Under the pieces are notes generated by a model that saw only the letters and a list, made by a program, of their open reading frames with translations, had not been told where the DNA came from and ran no database searches. This document shows, piece after piece, positions 17,397 through 26,313 of a stretch of DNA of 64,000 nt. Source of the DNA: a virus (taxonomy: Duplodnaviria > Caudoviricetes); IMG/VR virus record IMGVR_UViG_3300012971_001434, positions 3,013 to 67,012 of that record; one strand, 5' to 3'. Made by a program: the position numbers and the translations under genes. The first letter of the stretch is position 1. Each line of letters begins with the position of its first letter.

Positions 17397-19306
17397 CGCC
17401 TTTCATGAATTTTGCCGCCTATAGGCCGGGGCAATACGCAGGGCATTTAGTTATTTATGAACGAGTAAGCTCCGGGGAAGAATTTACCACCATCGTTCTG
17501 CCGACGCGGTATGGAAAAACGGATCTGATGCGCGGTAGTGCCTTACATTTGTATCATGACCAGTTTATCAGTGGCGCTCTGGTCCTGAGTCCGGGCGTCG
17601 TCTTGCGGGATCAAGTGGTTGATCGCGAGAAATGGGCGAAATTCCTCCAACGTTATCAGGTGACCATACCGAATATTCGCTATAGCAGTTTGTCAGCCAA
17701 GCATTATCTGCCCCATGTCGATTTCGCGCAGAATGGTGAAATGCTCACATCGGTCAGTATGCAGTTAGTGGATAACAATGTGGCGTTTTTTCAACAATGG
17801 GTCGACCATCGGCGCCATACGACAGGGCTTCCTGTGCTGGTTTATATTGATGAGGCGCATACAGGCAGCGAAGACAATAGTTGGGGGGACACGGTCTTTA
17901 AACTCGTCCAAGCAGGAGCCCGTGCGGTGTTATTAACCGCCACCCCTATACGAAGCGATAAGAAACGTATTCCTGGTTTTCCCTGCCAAGAAATCGACCG
18001 TCAAGAGGCCCGACATTATGCAACACGGCCTCATGAAAATCCTAGTTGGGTCTATGTCGATGAATCTGCTGCTACGGATTATATATGGCGTCTTGTCCCG
18101 CATCACATGACCTCGTTTCGAGAAGCGTGGGATGAAGATCTGCTGGCAATGATTTCCAAGTTTCCCTTTGACGTGAATCTAGAGGAAATTCATCTTGATG
18201 GGGAGAGCGAAACAGGATTGCTCTCAATGTTAAGTGAGACCAAAGCGCGGAAGTATATGGATCGGTTGTGTCGCGATCCCAAAGTCATGCGGGAAGGCAT
18301 CAGACTCTTTGTGAACAATCTGCACGCCTTGCGCAAACTTGACCCCGCGATAGCTGGAATCATTTTTTGTGGCAACGACACGATCAAGGGCGATGAGCAT
18401 GCGACGAATGCTCATGCACGCAGCCTCGCAACGATGATCGCTGAGCTTGATCCATCGTTACAGAGCGTTATCGCCACGTCGGCGCATCCTGAGGATGAAG
18501 CAGAGACCCGCATTAAAAGGTTTGCCTCCGAACACGACCCCGTCGGTGATGTGCTTATTGTGAAGCAGATGGCAGGTCGTGGGATTGACATTGAACGGCT
18601 CAAAGTCATTCTTGACTTATCGCCTATTCGTGCAGAAGCCGCCTGGATTCAACGCATTATGCGAGCGGCAACCCTCTATAAACACCTGCCAGCCATTTAT
18701 ATCACGCCTGACGATGTGCGCAGCCGGACATTGTTTGATCGCTTGGTCGCGAACCAAGGAGGCGAGATCAGTACACGAGAAGTCGGGGAATTGTTGCGCA
18801 GTTATGAAGCACAACGGCAGGCACGCACGTATACAGGGGTGTATGTGGAAGGCACGGCAGCAACGGATTTTCAGGATACCGAAGGTCGAGAGGGACAACC
18901 GCCAGTCTATGACCTCGTACAGTTACTCATTAAGACCTATCCAGGATTCCTGAATGGCAATACCCATGCAGGCCTGGCCGAAGTTATTACGAACGGAGGG
19001 TTTACGATTCGTCCCCCGCAAGGAGCGTCTATGGATATGACCATGCTCTTGCAGCAAGAACGTGAGGTCGCCACGACGTTGGCCAAACTCATTACGGCAC
19101 TACGGCGGCAAGGTCGCACGTATGTACAGGCCGATTATAAGGTGGCTATTCAGCAAGTGTGGATCGAGGCCTATCAAGCTGCCGGCGTCCCTGTAGGCAT
19201 GGCATTAGCGAAAATTCCCGATCTTGAGTGTCTCAAGCGACTCAATCGCATTTTGACACAGATGGAGGCGAGGGAAAGGGGTATTAATGGTACTTACAGA
19301 GCGTGA
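17393..19306 (+). CDS. SF2 (Res/DEAH-like) helicase
   Basis: PTRYGKT, YIDEAH, LTATP, MAGRGID, IQRIMRA; visibly lower GC. Confidence 0.85.
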   Translation: MTPFMNFAAYRPGQYAGHLVIYERVSSGEEFTTIVLPTRYGKTDLMRGSALHLYHDQFISGALVLSPGVVLRDQVVDREKWAKFLQRYQVTIPNIRYSSLSAKHYLPHVDFAQNGEMLTSVSMQLVDNNVAFFQQWVDHRRHTTGLPVLVYIDEAHTGSEDNSWGDTVFKLVQAGARAVLLTATPIRSDKKRIPGFPCQEIDRQEARHYATRPHENPSWVYVDESAATDYIWRLVPHHMTSFREAWDEDLLAMISKFPFDVNLEEIHLDGESETGLLSMLSETKARKYMDRLCRDPKVMREGIRLFVNNLHALRKLDPAIAGIIFCGNDTIKGDEHATNAHARSLATMIAELDPSLQSVIATSAHPEDEAETRIKRFASEHDPVGDVLIVKQMAGRGIDIERLKVILDLSPIRAEAAWIQRIMRAATLYKHLPAIYITPDDVRSRTLFDRLVANQGGEISTREVGELLRSYEAQRQARTYTGVYVEGTAATDFQDTEGREGQPPVYDLVQLLIKTYPGFLNGNTHAGLAEVITNGGFTIRPPQGASMDMTMLLQQEREVATTLAKLITALRRQGRTYVQADYKVAIQQVWIEAYQAAGVPVGMALAKIPDLECLKRLNRILTQMEARERGINGTYRA

Positions 19307-19907
19307 TCTTGCCTGTCGTGGGCCACGGAGCGAGAAACCTGTAGGAAGTATCGCGTGGTGCTGGCAGACGATTGACTTGCTGCAAAACCGCTGGAACCGC
19401 AAGGATTTTACAGATCAGCAATGGGCAGAAACCCTTGCGGAACTGCGCCAACATGAAGTCTGGAATGTGGTTCCCCCAGAGCAGCCGTATGGTGATCTTA
19501 ACACCTTGCTGCAAGCGGAAATTGGTCGCAGTTTGCCTGAGGCAACCGCGACTGTCAAGGCCTATATGGACCATGGGGGAGATCGACGCTCACAGCAGTT
19601 TCAAGATAACAATTGTAATCTTGAAAAGCCAACACAAGGCAATTCTCCTCGCTATCTTCGTCAACGTCTGAAGAAGGAGTATCCTGACATCTATGCTGCG
19701 CTCGAACGCAAAGAGTATCGCAGTCCATATGCTGCGGCCAAAGCGGCGGGTTTCGTGCGCGATGCGACTGCGCTGCAACTGCTTAAACGCGCGTGGGATA
19801 AGGCCAGCCCTGAGGAACGGCGGCGCTTTGCGCGTGAAGTCGTCACCAGTGAGGAAGACAGGGAGATGCTCATGGAGGAATTGGCTTGTATGAAAGGGGC
19901 TGACTAA
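19287..19907 (+). CDS. phage-type hypothetical protein
   Basis: HGGDRRS..GNS..YL..RL....P.I..SPYAAAKAAG motif; function unknown. Confidence 0.75.
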   Translation: MVLTERDLACRGPRSEKPVGSIAWCWQTIDLLQNRWNRKDFTDQQWAETLAELRQHEVWNVVPPEQPYGDLNTLLQAEIGRSLPEATATVKAYMDHGGDRRSQQFQDNNCNLEKPTQGNSPRYLRQRLKKEYPDIYAALERKEYRSPYAAAKAAGFVRDATALQLLKRAWDKASPEERRRFAREVVTSEEDREMLMEELACMKGAD

Positions 19908-20174
19908 ATGCGCCCACTGCCCCCCTGGCCCCGCCGCTGGATGCAGGCCCTGCCGCCCATTTCCGACCGCGCCTGGGTGCTCGGCTTCATGGTGATGCTC
20001 TTCCTGCTGGGCGTGGCCTGTGGCATGATGCTCTCGCTGCGGGACCCCGTCCATCGGGCACAGACCCAGCTCTACTGCGTGAGCGAGCACCTCGCAATCC
20101 TGGAGCGCCTGCGCAGCGTGGAAGACCGCCTCAAGGCCCTGGAGGAGCGGATGGCGCAGGAGGTACGGCCATGA
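19908..20174 (+). CDS. small TM plus coiled-coil protein
   Basis: 88 aa, in operon. Confidence 0.6.
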   Translation: MRPLPPWPRRWMQALPPISDRAWVLGFMVMLFLLGVACGMMLSLRDPVHRAQTQLYCVSEHLAILERLRSVEDRLKALEERMAQEVRP

Positions 20175-20644
20175 CTGTCCCCAAGCGACAGTTTCTGTCT
20201 TTTCCGTCGGCCCTGGAGCGCGAGGCCGTGCAGGCCCTGGATGCCGTCGTGGCCCATCCGACGCACCGCGACAGCGCCATGCGCATCTATGCCACGGCGG
20301 TGGCGAAGGAGCGCTACCGAGCATTTATGGCGCGCTATGGCGTCCACCCTCGCACGGATGGCCATGTCTGCCTGTATCGCCTCCTAGGCAGTCAGCGCTG
20401 CCCAGAACGTGGGTCATTTCACTGTGATTCGCCGTATATCCTGCCTGGCACGGATCATACGTCGGAGTGGATGAAGGAGCGCCGCACCTATTGCCTCGTC
20501 TCACAACCGTATGACTGGTCCTGGCGCACGATGTGTGCGACGGTCGATCTGGGGCGGAAGATGGGGTTTGAGGTCACCGTGGAGGCGCAGCAGAGTTGGC
20601 ATTTTCCGGGCTGGACGACGCTGGTCATGTATACCAAGGCCTAG
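20171..20644 (+). CDS. hypothetical protein
   Basis: 157 aa; ATGA overlap. Confidence 0.65.
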   Translation: MTVPKRQFLSFPSALEREAVQALDAVVAHPTHRDSAMRIYATAVAKERYRAFMARYGVHPRTDGHVCLYRLLGSQRCPERGSFHCDSPYILPGTDHTSEWMKERRTYCLVSQPYDWSWRTMCATVDLGRKMGFEVTVEAQQSWHFPGWTTLVMYTKA

Positions 20645-20657
20645 AGGAGCACCAGCC

Positions 20658-20813
20658 ATGAGCACCGCCGACCCCCTCGTGAGTCTGCCCAGTCTCGGGC
20701 GCAGTGTGGTCATCGCCATTGCGCTGGCCGATGGCCTCCTTGGCACAGGTGTCCTCGCCGCTGCCACCATGCTCCTGCATCTGCTGGTGTGGCGAGAGGA
20801 GCGCCAGCCATGA
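20658..20813 (+). CDS. small hydrophobic protein
   Basis: GAGGAG SD; MSTADPLV... Confidence 0.5.
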   Translation: MSTADPLVSLPSLGRSVVIAIALADGLLGTGVLAAATMLLHLLVWREERQP

Positions 20814-21049
20814 GCACCACCGACAGCCCGTGGGACGATACCGCTGATCTGCCTAGCTGGCATTATGCGTCCATCTATGGCCCGGAGGCAGAGTTCGCGC
20901 GGTTTCGTGCCCGCACCCAGGCGCTGGCGCGGAAGTATGAGGCAGAGCGGGTGGACTGGGCGCTGCTGGAGGCGCGTTCTGACCAGATCCTGGAGACGCT
21001 CAAAACCCTCAGAGCACGGTACCATCCACCAGCCCCACCAGCGCCCTAA
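20810..21049 (+). CDS. hypothetical protein
   Basis: GAGGAG SD; MSTTDSPW... Confidence 0.55.
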   Translation: MSTTDSPWDDTADLPSWHYASIYGPEAEFARFRARTQALARKYEAERVDWALLEARSDQILETLKTLRARYHPPAPPAP

Positions 21050-21082
21050 CCGGCACCAAGACGCAGCTCCGCCCTCTCCATA

Positions 21083-21119
21083 CCCCTTATATATATAATA
21101 TATATAGATATATAAGGGG
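21083..21119. repeat. AT-rich palindrome
   Basis: CCCCTTATATAT-N13-ATATATAAGGGG, perfect 12-bp arms, intergenic. Confidence 0.85.
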
Positions 21120-21302
21120 AATAGTACAGCAGGTTTTATGTATAGTTTTATACCTGATAAAGTCTACGCCAGACCCATCGCACGCGCAAGTCTTTTTTTT
21201 GTTTGTTAGGTGCAACTCTCGCCTTTACGCCGCCTCAAAAAGGTTTACAATCACCACACACTGCCGGTGCGGCAGATCATTGCTCGCAAGAAAGGGAACG
21301 TT

Positions 21303-21542
21303 ATGGTGTTGCACCTGCGGGCTGTGCGCCAGGCCCAGGGCAAAACGTTGGAAGATATTGCGACGCCACTGGGGTGCTCGATTGCCCGGATCTCCCTCCA
21401 GGAGCGCCAACTCTATGCGCTCCGGCTGACGGATTTTGTGGCGTGGGCGCTGGTGCTGGAGACGCACCCGCATGCCCTCGTCTCGTATGAGGAATTCCCC
21501 CTGCTGGCGTGTCCCTGCGGGGCACCGGAGGCAGAGCCATGA
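21303..21542 (+). CDS. XRE/Cro-like HTH protein
   Basis: LRAVRQAQGKTLEDIATPLGCSIARISLQER. Confidence 0.75.
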   Translation: MVLHLRAVRQAQGKTLEDIATPLGCSIARISLQERQLYALRLTDFVAWALVLETHPHALVSYEEFPLLACPCGAPEAEP

Positions 21543-21754
21543 TGACCTTGCAGAGCGTTGAGGAGCTGTGGATGTGCCTCATGCTCGTGGCGACCCTACT
21601 GGCGCAGGCCCACACCGCCGTCCTCACGCCGGACCAGATGGACCTGCTGCACCAGCTCCGCACCCGACTGCACGCCTCTGGGGTGACGAAAGCATCGGCA
21701 CGCCAGGCGACGGCGGATATCGACGCGTTCCTGGCCACGCTGGACGAGGGCTAG
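21539..21754 (+). CDS. hypothetical protein
   Basis: 71 aa; ATGA overlap. Confidence 0.55.
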   Translation: MMTLQSVEELWMCLMLVATLLAQAHTAVLTPDQMDLLHQLRTRLHASGVTKASARQATADIDAFLATLDEG

Positions 21755-21757
21755 GCG

Positions 21758-22033
21758 ATGCCCGGATCTTCGACCTATCACCGCTATCGGTCCACCGGAC
21801 GGTGTGGCTATTGTGGCGCCCCCAACGATCAACCGCGGTATTGTGCCTGTTCCCAGTGCTATATACCCAGACCGCGGCGGCGGCAGGCGCAGGAGTATGC
21901 CCTCGTGCTCTATACCCGCCGCACGCAGGGCCATGCCCCTATGGAGATCGCGTGTTGTGGCGCGTGGCAACCGATCGAGAGTTTTCCCGTGCGCATGCAT
22001 TGCTGTGGTCGCGTCTTTGCCGCCACGCCCTAG
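21758..22033 (+). CDS. Cys-rich zinc-binding protein
   Basis: CGYC..CACSQC..CCG..CCG. Confidence 0.65.
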   Translation: MPGSSTYHRYRSTGRCGYCGAPNDQPRYCACSQCYIPRPRRRQAQEYALVLYTRRTQGHAPMEIACCGAWQPIESFPVRMHCCGRVFAATP

Positions 22034-22042
22034 GAGACAGCC

Positions 22043-22261
22043 GTGCAACACCTCATCCTACGCTGCTGGTCCTGTGACGCTACCTTCGTCACGCAGAACG
22101 CCCTCTCGACGCATCACCTCGACACGCACGAACGCCCACTGCCCGCGAGCGCCGGCGCCCGTGAGGTGACGCCACGCCAGGGGCGCTTTGTGCCCCCGAA
22201 CTGGCGGGCACAGAGCCGCGACGAATGGTATAGGAACGGCCTCCACCCCCCACAAGCCTAG
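22043..22261 (+). CDS. C2H2 zinc-finger protein
   Basis: C-x2-C-x3-F-x5-L-x2-H-x4-H (CWSCDATFVTQNALSTHHLDTH); GGAGA SD. Confidence 0.65.
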   Translation: MQHLILRCWSCDATFVTQNALSTHHLDTHERPLPASAGAREVTPRQGRFVPPNWRAQSRDEWYRNGLHPPQA

Positions 22262-22274
22262 AAGGAGATCCCGC

Positions 22275-22712
22275 GTGGACCGTATGCCCCAGAGCACCGC
22301 GCAGCTCAAAGCCTGGCTGGCCGCTCGGCCCCAGGTGCAGGTCGTGGAGGAGTCGGGAGCGCGTCGGCCCGTCTCCATGCCGACACGACCGCTCCCGGCC
22401 AGCGATGCGGAAGAGGCACTGCTCAGCGAGGTACGCACCCTCGCCACGCAGTACGGCTGGGTGGGTGAGCACAGTGTGCATCCCCAGGATGGCATACGCT
22501 GTACGCTGGTGCGGGGGACGGATGTGCTGGTGGTGCAACTGCTCAGGCGGGGGCAGAAACTGACGATGGTGCAGCAGACGTGGCTGCACGTGCTGGCCCA
22601 TACCGGAAAAATTGAGACCTATACCTGGCGCAGTGGCCATGCGGCCGATCGCGCCGCCATGCAGGCGCGGCTATCACGCCGGGACGCACGCGATGCCACC
22701 GACGAAACATGA
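22275..22712 (+). CDS. VRR-NUC-like protein, probably nuclease-dead
   Basis: E.ALLSEVRTLATQYGW..H..LVRG..Q..WL..L..YTWR scaffold, lacking PD and ELK. Confidence 0.6.
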   Translation: MDRMPQSTAQLKAWLAARPQVQVVEESGARRPVSMPTRPLPASDAEEALLSEVRTLATQYGWVGEHSVHPQDGIRCTLVRGTDVLVVQLLRRGQKLTMVQQTWLHVLAHTGKIETYTWRSGHAADRAAMQARLSRRDARDATDET

Positions 22713-22892
22713 CGATCCGCGTCGGCGCCAGGACGGCCAGGCACCTCTGGTGCTGCCCCCGCAGGGCTATTACCTCGCCAGGGGGCAGGATGGTGTGTGG
22801 CGGGCGACGACGCTGGGGCTACTGCGACGGCTGCGGCAGGCGACACCGCAACCGCTTGAGGTGAGGCGTAACTAGAGATTGAGGATAAGTGA

Positions 22893-22963
22893 TTGAATTA
22901 TCGCATGTTATGTGATATAATAACGGGAGGGAGGGGAACGTTTCGCCCGTTCCCCTCCCTCCC
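22893..22963 (+). promoter_or_regulatory. sigma70 promoter plus 5' hairpin leader
   Basis: TTGAAT-17-TATAAT with extended TG; perfect 16-bp stem 22925-22963. Confidence 0.7.
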
Positions 22964-22992
22964 AATAACCCTGTAGCTGATCGGAGCTAGCA

Positions 22993-25002
22993 GTGGCTGC
23001 ACACGAGTCTACCATATCTGCACCCATCGTGGACGCCTGGGAACAGTGCTATAGTACAGGTTGGTCCGACATTGTACCAGAGGCCTTCTCGCATCCCGCA
23101 AAATTTTCTTGTCGCTTGATCCAGCGCATCTATGCCCATGCCACCGCGGAAGGCTGGCTGGCTGACGGCAGCGTCTGCCTGGACCCCTTTGCCGGAGTCG
23201 CCTTGGGGGCACGCTATGCTCTGCCCTACGGTGTGCACTGGATCGGGATCGAACTCGAACAACCTTTCTGTGATATCGGGGCGGGCTGTGACTGCACCGG
23301 CATCACCCCGGCGGACTGGCGCCGCTTCGCAGGTCGCTGGACGAAAGCCCGCTACTTGGACGGTCGGCACTGGTGCCCGGCCTGTATGCAGGCGGTGAGT
23401 CAGGTGACCGGCGAGCGTCCAGCCACGCGGCGCACCTTTCGCACCGCCTCTGGCAGCACGACGCGCACCGTGCCGTACAGCCCGCTCCCGCTGCCAGATC
23501 GCCACGATGGGGTCAGGCCGCACCGGCCGGCACAGGCGCGGAGTCTGTGGGACGTGCCGGTGGTCAGCTACGGGCGTAGCAGCGGGGTGGTGCCGTCGAG
23601 TAGGCCGCATCACTATGAGGGGAACTTGGAGCGCTGGGCCCGGCTGGGAACAGGGACTGGGCGGCTCATCCAAGGTGATAGCAAAGGATTACGCGCGATA
23701 GTGATGGAAGAGGTGGGACTCTGCGCGTCCTCGCCCCCGTATAACCTCCCCATGTCGCAAGACCACAACGGCAGTAAAGGGGGCACACGCGGCACGATAC
23801 CGAGCGAGCGTGGCGCCTTCGTGCAATACGGCACTACGCCTGGGCAGCTCGAAGGCCTTCCCCCCGGCCAGGTGGAGGTCGTGCTGGAGGCGGCGCTGGG
23901 GCCGCAGATGGATCTGGCGGTAGGAAGCCCGCCCTTTGGCGACAGCGATGCCCGCAAGGGTGGCAGTGATCTCTATACCCGCAAAGAACTCCAGCGCGGC
24001 CGCAGCCCGCAGAGCGCGTCGTTCGCCGGCCATGCCGTGACCCAGCCCTACGGCACCGATCCGGCCCAGCTCGCCAACCTGCCAGCCGGGCAGCTTGATG
24101 CGGCGGTGGGGTCGCCGCCGTATGAGGGAAGCAATCAGCGGTATACAGAAACCGATGGATGTATCACGCGCCTCACGCAGGCCGGAAAAGCACGGGCAGA
24201 CCATGGCTTTCTCCGCAACACCCATAGCTATTCACGTGACTACGGCACCCACCCTGACCAGCTCGGCAATACCCAGGGCACGACATTCTGGGAAGCGGCC
24301 AGGGTCATTATCGAACAGGTCTATAGTATCCTGCGTCCCGGGGCCGCGTGTATCTGGGTCGTGAAGAACTATGTAAGAGATGGGAAGGTGGTCCAGTTCA
24401 CTGAGGACTGGGCCAGGTTAAATATGGCGGTGGGCTTCGAGTGGCTGCACCACCACCAGGCCCTGCTCGTCGAGGCGCACGGCACGCAAGAGACGCTGTT
24501 TGGTGGGACCGAGAATATGAGGACAGAGAGGAAAGGTTTCTTTAGGCGTTTGGCCGAGAAAAAGGGCAGCCCGCGCATCGACGCCGAGGACGTGCTCTGC
24601 TTTCGCAAGCCAGCCGGGCCAGCGCCCGAGACAGGGGTGCAGGTCGTGTGCTGTGTAGGGTCGCCGCCTTACTCGTCTCGCACCGTCCACGATGGGAACG
24701 GGATTGACTGGACAAAGGCTGCCAGTCCCACAGGAGGCCGGCTAACCCCAGGACGGGAAATCGGCAGCTATGGCACCACCCCCGGCCAGCTCGGAGCGCT
24801 CCCGGCGGGATCGTTGGGCTGTGCCCTAGGGAGCCCGCCGTATGCCGGGACGACTATCGCGCATTGTGAGGGCACTATGAGCGGCGGGCCTGGTGGTCGC
24901 ACGGCATCAGCCCTGACCAACGTGAGCGGCAACATCAAGCAGGTCGGCTGTGGCAGTACGTGCGGCAATCTCGGCAACCTGCCGGAGGGCCGTCACCCAT
25001 GA
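22993..25002 (+). CDS. N4/N6 DNA methyltransferase with repeated SPP(Y/F) modules
   Basis: HPAKF, LDPFAG motif I, GIELE; five SPPY/F motifs; VVKNYVRDGK. Confidence 0.8.
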   Translation: MAAHESTISAPIVDAWEQCYSTGWSDIVPEAFSHPAKFSCRLIQRIYAHATAEGWLADGSVCLDPFAGVALGARYALPYGVHWIGIELEQPFCDIGAGCDCTGITPADWRRFAGRWTKARYLDGRHWCPACMQAVSQVTGERPATRRTFRTASGSTTRTVPYSPLPLPDRHDGVRPHRPAQARSLWDVPVVSYGRSSGVVPSSRPHHYEGNLERWARLGTGTGRLIQGDSKGLRAIVMEEVGLCASSPPYNLPMSQDHNGSKGGTRGTIPSERGAFVQYGTTPGQLEGLPPGQVEVVLEAALGPQMDLAVGSPPFGDSDARKGGSDLYTRKELQRGRSPQSASFAGHAVTQPYGTDPAQLANLPAGQLDAAVGSPPYEGSNQRYTETDGCITRLTQAGKARADHGFLRNTHSYSRDYGTHPDQLGNTQGTTFWEAARVIIEQVYSILRPGAACIWVVKNYVRDGKVVQFTEDWARLNMAVGFEWLHHHQALLVEAHGTQETLFGGTENMRTERKGFFRRLAEKKGSPRIDAEDVLCFRKPAGPAPETGVQVVCCVGSPPYSSRTVHDGNGIDWTKAASPTGGRLTPGREIGSYGTTPGQLGALPAGSLGCALGSPPYAGTTIAHCEGTMSGGPGGRTASALTNVSGNIKQVGCGSTCGNLGNLPEGRHP

Positions 25003-25018
25003 GCGAAGGAGGTGCCCC

Positions 25019-25183
25019 ATGCCCGCACCCAGCCCCGCCAACGACGAGACCGACGGCCGCCGGGTCCTGGTGATTGTGGAAGCGCCGCCCCCACCGCCGT
25101 CGCTGGTGGCCGTGGCATTCTGGATGGGCCTGCTCGTGGGGCTGCTCCTGGGCGCGGTAAGTATGTGGCTGTACGTACGTTGA
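25019..25183 (+). CDS. small single-TM protein
   Basis: AAGGAGG SD. Confidence 0.55.
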   Translation: MPAPSPANDETDGRRVLVIVEAPPPPPSLVAVAFWMGLLVGLLLGAVSMWLYVR

Positions 25184-25198
25184 GAAAGGAAGCATCGC

Positions 25199-25483
25199 AT
25201 GTCCCTGACACACCGCGAGCGCGCCGCCATCGACAAGAGTGCGCTGTTTATCGTCTTTGTCACGCCGGAGTGGCTCCGTGATGACAACTTCCAGGCTCAG
25301 GCCCAGGCGCGCTATGCCCAGCGCCAGGGCAAGCCCTTTCGCGTGCTGGTCTATCCCGGCGCGCGACTGCCCGAGGACTCCTTCACAGGGGTGGTGGATC
25401 TCCAGGTTGCGCACCTGCCCTCCCGCGAGCCTGACGCCACCGTTCGCCAGATACGCACGTGGGTCGAGGAGATGCGGCCATGA
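25199..25483 (+). CDS. truncated TIR-like protein
   Basis: AAIDKSALFIVFVTPEWLRD..QAQ..YA..GKP resembles the TIR betaC-alphaC-betaD region. Confidence 0.5.
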   Translation: MSLTHRERAAIDKSALFIVFVTPEWLRDDNFQAQAQARYAQRQGKPFRVLVYPGARLPEDSFTGVVDLQVAHLPSREPDATVRQIRTWVEEMRP

Positions 25484-25911
25484 CGTACGTCTACTCGACT
25501 GGGCCCCGACGGCGCCTCGTCCTGGGCGATAGGCAGACCCGCCACCAACTCTGTCTGCCGGTGAGCCCGGAGGTGTACGCCGTGCTCGCCGCCATGGACG
25601 AGGCGGAGCTGGGCCGGGTGCTCCCGCTGCTGAAACTGGCGCTGGGGGAGGCGCTGACGACGTGGCAGGACGAGACCCCGCTCACTCTGCGCACCATCGC
25701 CCTGCGGTATGCCCACGGCCAGCGCGTGCATCTTCCCGAGGCCCAGGGGATGGGGACGGTCGTCCAGCAACGGGTCACCTGGCGCGATGTGCTGGGGCCG
25801 GTCGTGGAGTATCTCGTGCACTGCGAGGGCACCGGGGCACTGGTGGGCTGGCACGCGTGGTATGCCGAGCCGGACCTGGAGCCGGTGCCAGAGACAGGAG
25901 ATGACGCATGA
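25480..25911 (+). CDS. hypothetical protein
   Basis: 143 aa; ATGA overlap. Confidence 0.6.
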   Translation: MTYVYSTGPRRRLVLGDRQTRHQLCLPVSPEVYAVLAAMDEAELGRVLPLLKLALGEALTTWQDETPLTLRTIALRYAHGQRVHLPEAQGMGTVVQQRVTWRDVLGPVVEYLVHCEGTGALVGWHAWYAEPDLEPVPETGDDA

Positions 25912-26081
25912 GGGATGCCGAGCAACGGGAAATGCTGGAGACCGAACTGCGGCACGTGCGGCAGGCGCGGACGCGGTTGATGGCCGAGGTGGACGCCCTC
26001 CTCGCGCGTGAAGAAGCGCTGCTGGATCAGCTCGTGGCGCTAGCCGCCGTACCGCCGGACGCGGCGGTGCCCCATGGCTGA
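25908..26081 (+). CDS. small coiled-coil protein
   Basis: Translated by hand: MRDAEQREMLETELRHVRQARTRLMAEVDALLAREEALLDQL. Confidence 0.55.
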   Translation: MRDAEQREMLETELRHVRQARTRLMAEVDALLAREEALLDQLVALAAVPPDAAVPHG

Positions 26082-26313
26082 CGAGAGCGGCTACGCGCCC
26101 CTGCGCTGTACCTGTACCGCCATCATGATCTGTGAGGCGTGTAACGCCTGGAACGGGCGCAGTCGGGCCACGGAGCGGAAGCCCCGCCGCAAAGCGCCGC
26201 GGGCGACGTGTCTGGCACATCGGCATTACCAGCAGGGGTGTGTGCGCTGCCTGGGGGCCAATCGGGCGTACCAGCGCTGGCGGGCGCGGGTCGCACCCGA
26301 GGCGCAGCTCTAG
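26074..26313 (+). CDS. Cys-rich small protein
   Basis: CTC..CEAC..C..H..CVRC. Confidence 0.6.
   Translation: MADESGYAPLRCTCTAIMICEACNAWNGRSRATERKPRRKAPRATCLAHRHYQQGCVRCLGANRAYQRWRARVAPEAQL

Noticed and set aside
21083-21119. Protelomerase (telRL) site
   Set aside because: Palindrome is short and AT-only, and no protelomerase gene is visible.
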